DNA of 14,877 bases from Methanobacteriaceae archaeon (lineage in GTDB: Archaea > Methanobacteriota > Methanobacteria > Methanobacteriales > Methanobacteriaceae), in contig PWMT01000074.1 of the NCBI GenBank assembly GCA_003558085.1, forward strand, positions 1-14,877. Direction: 5' to 3'. Below the pieces are notes generated by a model. That model was not told where the DNA came from. It saw only the letters and a program-made list of their open reading frames with translations, and searched no databases. Positions 8,687-14,877 of this stretch are shown one piece after another. The number at the start of each line of letters is the position of its first letter. Position 1 is the first letter of the stretch. Made by a program: the position numbers and the translations under genes.

Positions 8687-9427
8687 CTAATCAGATTTAT
8701 TAATACAATCCACTATTTCTTTAATTTTATTTTCCACATCAGCACAGTCTTCTACCACCGTACCGGTAACCACTATATCTGCACCGGCAGCTGCTATTTG
8801 GTGAGCGGTTTCCCCGTCACGTATACCTCCCCCCACCACTAAGATCATGTTAGTATACTGTTTACAAGCAGCAATCATAGGGGGTGATATGCTTTTACTG
8901 GCACCAGAACCTGCTTCTAGATAGAACATCCTCATACCTAAAAATTCAGCAGCCAGGGCATAAGCCACTGCCAGGTCAACCTTTTCCCGGGGAATTAATT
9001 TAGCATCTCCCACCCATCCAGCAGTACCACCAGGCTCTACAATAACATATCCCATGGGTATGGCTTCGATACCTATCTTTTTAACACTAGGTGCTCCTAG
9101 AGCCTGGGCCCCAATTATCCAGTAGGGATTAGTGGAGTTTAAAAGGCTCATAAAAAAGATGGCATCAGCATATTTACTAACTCCGGTAATGTTTCCGGGA
9201 AAGAGTATAATGGGAAGGTCTATTTTTTCCTGAAGAGCATGGGCAGTGGCATCTAATTCAACGCTATTATTAGTGGATCCGCCTAACATAATACCCTTAG
9301 TTCCCCCAGCAACAGCAGCCTGGGCAATCTCAACTGCTTTTTCTGGAGTCTGTTCTTCAGGATCCAGTAGGGTGAGATGCATTTTACCTTCCTTTAATAA
9401 CTCTTTAAAATAAGCTTCGACTTTCAT
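8687..9427 (-). CDS. Geranylgeranylglyceryl phosphate synthase (group II GGGPS, archaeal ether lipid synthesis)
   Basis: HLTLLDP, MLGGS, ILFPG, SLLNSTNPYWIIG, GTAGWVG, YLEAGSGA, VGGGIR and VVTGT motifs of the GGGP/HepGP synthase family. Confidence 0.95.
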   Translation of the reverse strand: MKVEAYFKELLKEGKMHLTLLDPEEQTPEKAVEIAQAAVAGGTKGIMLGGSTNNSVELDATAHALQEKIDLPIILFPGNITGVSKYADAIFFMSLLNSTNPYWIIGAQALGAPSVKKIGIEAIPMGYVIVEPGGTAGWVGDAKLIPREKVDLAVAYALAAEFLGMRMFYLEAGSGASKSISPPMIAACKQYTNMILVVGGGIRDGETAHQIAAAGADIVVTGTVVEDCADVENKIKEIVDCINKSD

Positions 9428-9479
9428 TATAATAAACCCTAAAAAGTTAAAATTATCTGTATAAGTTTAAAATATTAGT

Positions 9480-9626
9480 TTAACCCCTTGGTTCTTTGGC
9501 TTTGTACCTTAAACCTTTATGTCCGCATTTTCTACATACACGGGCATTGGTAGGGTTACGAGCATTACATTTTAAACATATTTTGATATTGAATAATCTA
9601 TTTTCTGCTTCTTCAAATTTAGCCAT
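9480..9626 (-). CDS. rpl40e: 50S ribosomal protein L40e (not in the ORF track)
   Basis: Manual translation: [48 protein letters not shown] (48 aa), with the CxxCNARNP...CRKCG..LR signature. A GGAGGAG RBS lies in the last codons of tsr3. Confidence 0.96.
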   Translation of the reverse strand: MAKFEEAENRLFNIKICLKCNARNPTNARVCRKCGHKGLRYKAKEPRG

Positions 9627-10139
9627 TTATTCTCCTCCTATAAATTCATCTTGGATACGTACTACTTCTCGGCTGGTCTCAGCCTGGGAATAAGCATCTA
9701 ATAATTCTCTATTAAGGATTATAAAATGAGGTCCCCACTTAAGGTGGGACATAATATCTTCTGCTATATCTTTTTGTCCCACTATATAAAAGGTTGCTGC
9801 CACGGCCTCTGCAGTAGAGAGTATACAGGGCCTTCCATAATTGGTGGGATTAGCTGCAATTAAAAATGGTAAGGCTCTATGATACTTATATGTTTTAAAT
9901 ATAGTTGAAGATTTATCCACTTTTTTCCAGGAACAATCTAAAGCCACCAATCCATTTTTCATCACCATTTCCCGGTCTTCGGGTGAGACTGCTTTTTCTG
10001 CAAAGGGATTTAAAACCAGTGCACCCCCCGGTATTTGATTTAAATGATATATTATTTTAAATAGTCCTTGTTTAGCCATACGAAAGGCAGTGCATTTTTT
10101 ACGATCACAATCTTCAGCATGATATACAGTAACTTTCAT
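9627..10139 (-). CDS. tsr3: 16S rRNA aminocarboxypropyltransferase Tsr3 (DUF367)
   Basis: CDRKKCT, VLNP, LDCSW, RALPFLIAANPTNYGRPCILSTAEA, KWGPHF and LNRELLDAY motifs. Confidence 0.94.
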   Translation of the reverse strand: MKVTVYHAEDCDRKKCTAFRMAKQGLFKIIYHLNQIPGGALVLNPFAEKAVSPEDREMVMKNGLVALDCSWKKVDKSSTIFKTYKYHRALPFLIAANPTNYGRPCILSTAEAVAATFYIVGQKDIAEDIMSHLKWGPHFIILNRELLDAYSQAETSREVVRIQDEFIGGE

Positions 10140-10319
10140 AATATCTAAAATTCCCTAAAATTAATTACTCTAAATTTCTTGCTTAAATATCAATCAAATT
10201 ATATTTAAATGGCTACTATTTAATGATATCTCCTAAGGGGTAATTTAAATAGGGGTTTAATCTATATAGGATGAAATCTATAGTGTTGTTATAGCTTTCT
10301 TTTTTAAGTTCATAATTTT

Positions 10320-10327
10320 AAAAAAAA
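10320..10327 (-). terminator. Possible oligo-T terminator of the chelatase gene
   Basis: T8 run on the minus strand about 10 nt after the stop codon. Such runs are common in this AT-rich DNA. Confidence 0.35.
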
Positions 10328-10335
10328 TTTTGAGT

Positions 10336-12429
10336 TTATTTATTGCTTCCGCGTTCATAAGCTAATATTTTAGGCATGGCAGCCCCGGGATATTTTAAAT
10401 CCTCTAAGTCATAGTATCTGCCCCCAGAAGCCAGGGCTAATTCCATATTCATGTTACGGCCATGGGTTTTGGTCCGTTCAAAATTAACCACCAGGGCATG
10501 GATATTATTTTCCTGGATTTGCTGAGCATATTTAAGGGCGTCTCTACCTGGGCTTTGATCGATGCCAACATTGGGCATACCATCGGTTAGTAAAACCATT
10601 AAAGGAACATATTCCTCGTTTTGCAACTCCTTCTTTATTATCTCCACTCCCTTTTTTATCCCAGAGGCCATAGGTGTGGTTCCTCCCACCTTAATATCTC
10701 CCACTACTTCCTGAAAAGAAGCAGCTCTTTTGGTGGTGGGGATGATTACTTGGGCTTCTTTTCCCTTAAACCCAATCAAGGTAAGTTTATCGTTGTGACG
10801 ATGGGCATCCAAGATGATTTCATCTAAAATTCCCTTAATCCGTTGGAATTTTTGATCAGAAAACATTGATCCGCTAATATCCATTACCAGAACTATAGAA
10901 GCCCTAGCACCATGTTTACGAATTTTTTCTCGCAAATCAGTACTTTTTACTTTAATTTCACCCTCTGAATTTAAAGCAGCAGCGCGGAGAGTGGCATCAA
11001 CTGCAATATCGCCTCGAGAAGGAGAATATAATCTGCTTTTAACGTATTTTCCCTTATGGGTTTTGGAGTCCACCCGGGACCCATAGAGGCGCTGTTTTTT
11101 CTTACCTTTCATCTTTAACATTTTTTTAATATCAAAATTCTGCTCTCTTTCTTTCACTGGAATGTCCTGGGGATTAGGGACCATCTTTTTCTCTTCACCA
11201 GTACTAGCAGATTTTTCTATCTTTTCCTCATCATCTTCAGATATTTCTTCAGCTTCTGCTCTTGGAGATTCTTCTTCTGATTCTGAAGATTTTTCTGGTG
11301 GTGTTGAGTTATCAGGAGTAGGGGCCGCACTACTTTCATTAGAAGAATCATCATCACTATCTTCAGGAGTTTCATCCTCTTTAGGAGGGGAGGAGTCCTG
11401 GGTTTGCTCTTTTTTTTCTTTCTCCAAATCTTCCTGGGCTTTTTCCAGTTGTTTTTTTATTTGCTGAGGTGTTTGAGGTCTACCACTACTTTTCTCACCT
11501 AATACCAGAATTGTGGCTTCTTCCACATCTTCAAAATTAACCTGGGTGAGTTGTTTATAACTGGCAATGGCCTTTGAAGTTTTTAATATAGCAATATCAG
11601 AGCGGTGGCCATCCACAGCCAACTGTACACATACCCGGGCTATTAGTTCCATTAATTCCGGGGATATGGTTACTTGGGGTAGAATTTTACGGGCGGCGAT
11701 GATCTTATTCTGGAGTGATTTTTGCTTTTCTCCAAAGGCTTGTTTAAATCCTTCCGGATCTTTTTCAAACTGCTCTCTTCGATCCATAATGGTGATTCTA
11801 TCTTTTATATCTGGAATGCTGTGTACGGTAAGATGTAAACCTATCCTATCAGATAATTGTGGCCTTAAATCTCCTTCAGCAGGATTCATGGTTCCCACCA
11901 GTATGAATTTAGAGGGGTGGGATAGGGAGATACCTTCCCGCTCTACATAGTTTACACCATAGGCAGCTGCATCTAAGAGCACATCCACCAGGTGGTCGTC
12001 CAGAAGATTGATCTCGTCCACGTACAATATATTACGATTGGCTTCAGCCAGAATACCCGGTTCTAATGCTTTTATTCCTTCCTTTAAAGCTTTTTTTATA
12101 TCCATGGATCCTACTACTCTATCTTCTGTGGATCCTAATGGTAATTCTACCACTCGCATCTCTTTTTCTTCTACTTCCATATCTGGCGAATGACAAAATT
12201 GGCATAAATTATCCTGATCGTGGGGGTCGCAATTAAAGGGACAGCCTTTCACCACTTCAATAGATGGCAGTAGATCTGCTAGGGCTCGCACTGCAGTGGT
12301 TTTACCGGTGCCCCGCTCACCCTTGATTAATACTCCACCAATACTAGGATTTATAGCATTGAGTATCAATGCTTTTTTAATCTCTGTTTGTCCAACAATG
12401 GCTGTGAAGGGAAAGATCAGATTTTTCAA
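10336..12429 (-). CDS. Mg/Co chelatase subunit of ChlD/BchD type (ChlI-like AAA+ domain, acidic linker, vWA domain), probably a CobN-partner cobaltochelatase subunit
   Basis: FPFTAIVGQ, Walker [16 protein letters not shown], Walker [15 protein letters not shown], a Glu/Ser/Pro-rich linker, MIDAS DISGS, GGTT and LTDG. The start is placed at TTG 12429 because GGTGAG lies just upstream; the track start 12441 is in the same frame. Confidence 0.9.
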   Translation of the reverse strand: MKNLIFPFTAIVGQTEIKKALILNAINPSIGGVLIKGERGTGKTTAVRALADLLPSIEVVKGCPFNCDPHDQDNLCQFCHSPDMEVEEKEMRVVELPLGSTEDRVVGSMDIKKALKEGIKALEPGILAEANRNILYVDEINLLDDHLVDVLLDAAAYGVNYVEREGISLSHPSKFILVGTMNPAEGDLRPQLSDRIGLHLTVHSIPDIKDRITIMDRREQFEKDPEGFKQAFGEKQKSLQNKIIAARKILPQVTISPELMELIARVCVQLAVDGHRSDIAILKTSKAIASYKQLTQVNFEDVEEATILVLGEKSSGRPQTPQQIKKQLEKAQEDLEKEKKEQTQDSSPPKEDETPEDSDDDSSNESSAAPTPDNSTPPEKSSESEEESPRAEAEEISEDDEEKIEKSASTGEEKKMVPNPQDIPVKEREQNFDIKKMLKMKGKKKQRLYGSRVDSKTHKGKYVKSRLYSPSRGDIAVDATLRAAALNSEGEIKVKSTDLREKIRKHGARASIVLVMDISGSMFSDQKFQRIKGILDEIILDAHRHNDKLTLIGFKGKEAQVIIPTTKRAASFQEVVGDIKVGGTTPMASGIKKGVEIIKKELQNEEYVPLMVLLTDGMPNVGIDQSPGRDALKYAQQIQENNIHALVVNFERTKTHGRNMNMELALASGGRYYDLEDLKYPGAAMPKILAYERGSNK

Positions 12430-12472
12430 GTATCTCACCAATTATTTATTACAATTATAGTATAATCTTAAT

Positions 12473-12494
12473 TAGTTTTATACATATAAAACTA
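12473..12494. promoter_or_regulatory. Perfect palindrome overlapping the probable chelatase TATA box (candidate operator)
   Basis: TAGTTTTATA-CA-TATAAAACTA. The minus strand reads GAAAAATAG-TTTTATATG (BRE/TATA-like) about 55 nt upstream of the start. Confidence 0.55.
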
Positions 12495-12531
12495 TTTTTC
12501 CTGGTTTAGTTTAATTTAATTTTGCTCAATT

Positions 12532-12589
12532 ATTTTCCGGAGTATATCGTCTTTATAGATTTTCTGGAGTACATGACCCTATATAGATT
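12532..12589. repeat. Imperfect tandem duplication (about 27-28 bp, 2 copies)
   Basis: ATTTTCCGGAGTATAT (12532-12547) versus ATTTTCTGGAGTACAT (12559-12574), 14/16 identical. Each is followed by TATAGATT (12554-12561, 12582-12589). Confidence 0.6.
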
Positions 12590-12904
12590 ATGATTTCAAT
12601 TTTTTAAGGAATAAATTATTATGAGGGATACCATAGTTAAGTTCCTTAAAAACAGTATTAATGGGATAAAGTTATGATTAGCTGATTTTAGCGATAATAT
12701 CCTTTTAAATTCACAAAATAAATTACAATAATATATATTTAATTACCGTATTTTTAGTTAATAAATATATTGGTAAATACTTAATATTAATTCGGGGTCA
12801 TGAATTAATTAGTAGAATTTAGGAATAATGTATTATTTTTCAAGACAAGCCTTAGCCAGTTAAGGGATATTTATGTGCCCAAGATTTTTTCAGGTTCTCG
12901 GTAT

Positions 12905-12919
12905 AAAAAAATTATATAA
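12905..12919 (+). promoter_or_regulatory. Putative BRE/TATA promoter of the zinc-finger operon
   Basis: An A-run followed by TTATATAA (12912-12919), about 35 nt upstream of ATG 12953. Confidence 0.5.
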
Positions 12920-12952
12920 GAACAACTACATAGTGTTTATATGGTGATAAGT

Positions 12953-13111
12953 ATGTGTACTGTGGGAGGTCCCATGGCGGACAACTTGAAAATGAAAAAA
13001 CTTAAAACCAGACGTTGCAAATGTTTGGACTGTGGCAATGAATTTAAAGGAATTGGAAGAAGAATCATATGTCCCAGCTGTCAATCAGAGAACGTGGAAT
13101 GCTCCGATTAG
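12953..13111 (+). CDS. Small zinc-finger/zinc-ribbon protein (52 aa; not in the ORF track)
   Basis: Manual translation: MCTVGGPMADNLKMKKLKTRRCKCLDCGNEFKGIGRRIICPSCQSENVECSD*, with CLDC and CPSC pairs. GGTGAT RBS at 12943-12948. An alternative start is ATG 12974 after GGAGG. Confidence 0.82.
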   Translation: MCTVGGPMADNLKMKKLKTRRCKCLDCGNEFKGIGRRIICPSCQSENVECSD

Positions 13112-13554
13112 AACCATCCCAGATTTTATTTTTATGTGGTGATACTGGAACCATTGGAGTGGTCAAATCTCTACAAGAACGGCAGCTGTTTATTGGTACT
13201 CCTGAAGAGGAGGAAGTGGTGATGTTTCTAGAGGAGGATGATTTATTTGTAATATCTGCCTTTGGAAATGGCCCTTCAGTGGAGCAGGGTATCAAATGCA
13301 TGGCCTATCTTTTACGTGAAATGCAATCTCCAATAATAGTTTTAGGAGAAGATCATCCCACCTCCAAACGACTGAAAATGGTGGTAGCAGTTGGTGATAA
13401 TGTACGATTGGATTGTAACATCACCCCCGGAACCCATCCTGAACAGGATATTCTATGCTCCTCACCCTCTTTATCTGGAGTTAAAATTAGCTCCACTGCA
13501 GATGGAGTGCTAATCGAAGGTTCAATAGAGGAGGTAAAATTAGATAATATTTAA
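13099..13554 (+). CDS. Hypothetical protein (151 aa from ATG 13099; the track extends it to 13069)
   Basis: Long ORF with natural composition, including DHPTS and CNITPGTHPEQDILC. ATG 13099 overlaps the upstream zinc-finger gene by 13 nt, which is more plausible than the 43-nt overlap from 13069. Confidence 0.8.
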   Translation: MLRLEPSQILFLCGDTGTIGVVKSLQERQLFIGTPEEEEVVMFLEEDDLFVISAFGNGPSVEQGIKCMAYLLREMQSPIIVLGEDHPTSKRLKMVVAVGDNVRLDCNITPGTHPEQDILCSSPSLSGVKISSTADGVLIEGSIEEVKLDNI

Positions 13555-13964
13555 GCTTAATCCTAATTTTAACCAGAAATTAAAACTATCGGATTTTTCA
13601 TCCCCAAAAACTAACTTAAAAATTTTAACTAGGAACTAATTTAACTAATAAATAGTAAAAAAAGTGCATTTCAACTAAATGGGAAAAATAATTTTGCAAG
13701 TCTAAAAAAAAATTAAGTTTAGGGCAACAGCTTTATATTACAGCACTTAGAGATAAGATTCTAATGTATTTTCATTGCTACTATCAATTATATTCTTTAA
13801 CTTTATTATATTGATCATACCCCTTTTTTCCTTTAAATAAGGTTTTCTTACTTAAAAAAAACAACATAGATGAATAAAGGATATTTATTTATAATTTCTA
13901 AATTATAAGGACATATAAAATATATTATTTTGTTTTAGATGAGAAAATACTATGGAATTATAAA

Positions 13965-14684
13965 ATGCTGTGGAATAACTTTTATCAAATATTTGGACAG
14001 ATGGTTGTCCTGGCAGGTGCAGCCCTACTGGTACTTTTACTGGTAACCCTGATTTTAGGAAGAATATTAATCAAACAAGATAAACTAATTTTTCCTCGGG
14101 TGCTGATTTTCACCTTAGACCTTCTATATGGTCCTTTCAAGAAATTTTCAGTGATTATGGGATTGGATGAAAAAATTGTGGATCAGATCGGTGTGGAAGT
14201 AAGAAACAAGGTTAACCAGAAAAAATTTGAAAATATAGAACCCCGGGAAAAACTACTTATACTCCCTCATTGTTTAAGAAGCCTGGATTGTAAAGCCAAA
14301 TTGGAGTCTTCCGGCCTAATATGTAATGATTGTAAAAAGTGTGTGATCGGTGTATTAAAAGAAAAAGGAGAAAAATTAGGCTATAAAGTATTCATCATTC
14401 CTGGATCCACCTTCCTGCAGAAAATAGCTGAGAAAAATAAATTTAAAGCAGTACTAGGTGTGGCCTGTTATCAGGACTTAAACTTGGCTATGATGAAAAT
14501 GGCTTCCTTTTCACCCCAAGGAGTGGTGCTCTCCCGTGATGGGTGCATCAAAACCAAGGTGGATATCAAGGCAGTGCTGGATAAAATGGGTTATCCCTCA
14601 CCAATTAACACTCCTGAAGAATCTTTAACTCCCCTAAGCTCTTGTAGTAAGGACCACCATAGAGGTCCTTATAAAGAATTCTAA
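13965..14684 (+). CDS. DUF116-family membrane-anchored Cys-rich protein
   Basis: N-terminal TM helix, then [34 protein letters not shown] and L.RDGC..T.VD, typical of DUF116. Confidence 0.85.
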   Translation: MLWNNFYQIFGQMVVLAGAALLVLLLVTLILGRILIKQDKLIFPRVLIFTLDLLYGPFKKFSVIMGLDEKIVDQIGVEVRNKVNQKKFENIEPREKLLILPHCLRSLDCKAKLESSGLICNDCKKCVIGVLKEKGEKLGYKVFIIPGSTFLQKIAEKNKFKAVLGVACYQDLNLAMMKMASFSPQGVVLSRDGCIKTKVDIKAVLDKMGYPSPINTPEESLTPLSSCSKDHHRGPYKEF

Positions 14685-14757
14685 TTTTTTCTTAACCGGT
14701 AATTAATTCTAGCATACTTAAAACAGGATTATACTTATAAAACCATTATTTTTCTCT

Positions 14758-14877
14758 CTATAGAAGTTATAGCTAGGAAAAGTCTTAGCTTATGAGTCTA
14801 TAGAAGTTATAGCTAGGAAAAGTCTTAGCTTATGAGTCTATAGAAGTTATAGCTAGGAAAAGTCTTAGCTTATGAGT
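14758..14877. repeat. Perfect 40-bp tandem repeat, at least 3 copies, running to the window end
   Basis: The unit CTATAGAAGTTATAGCTAGGAAAAGTCTTAGCTTATGAGT occurs identically at 14758-14797, 14798-14837 and 14838-14877, with no spacers. Confidence 0.97.

Noticed and set aside
9496..9693. Plus-strand 65-aa ORF
   Set aside because: Antisense of rpl40e/tsr3, which are the real genes.
10621..12193. Four plus-strand ORFs (68, 101, 127 and 61 aa)
   Set aside because: All are antisense shadows of the chelatase gene. The Ser-rich one mirrors the acidic linker.
97..12429. Bacteriochlorophyll pathway (BchE-like plus BchD-like genes)
   Set aside because: Both families are broad and common in methanogens, the genes are unlinked, and no other photosynthesis genes are present.
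13065..13301. Minus-strand 78-aa ORF
   Set aside because: Antisense to the zinc-finger/hypothetical gene pair.
14758..14877. CRISPR array
   Set aside because: The units are contiguous and identical with no variable spacers, and there are no cas genes in the window.

Overview
AT-rich archaeal DNA whose gene content, GGTG/GGAG ribosome-binding sites and TATA-type promoters suggest a Methanobacteriales methanogen (inferred). The left part (1-8300) is mostly accessory: a cobalamin-binding radical SAM enzyme, a decayed IS5-family element with recognisable ends (about 2038-3235), a zinc-ribbon membrane protein, a nitroreductase, a membrane protein, a sulfite-oxidase-family protein apparently lacking its Mo-ligating Cys, and a PolX-PHP DNA polymerase. 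The right part holds a tsr3-rpl40e-GGGP synthase cluster (rpl40e is missing from the ORF track), a ChlI/ChlD-type AAA+-vWA chelatase subunit, a divergent unannotated 52-aa zinc-finger gene overlapping a hypothetical gene, and a DUF116 protein. The window ends inside a perfect 40-bp tandem repeat. The best leads are possible -1 slippage in the chelatase linker yielding a ChlI-sized product, a perfect 22-bp palindrome over the chelatase promoter, the zinc-finger/hypothetical gene pair, the Cys-less molybdoprotein and the terminal tandem array. None establishes a new system from sequence alone, and family calls come from motif recognition, not database searches.
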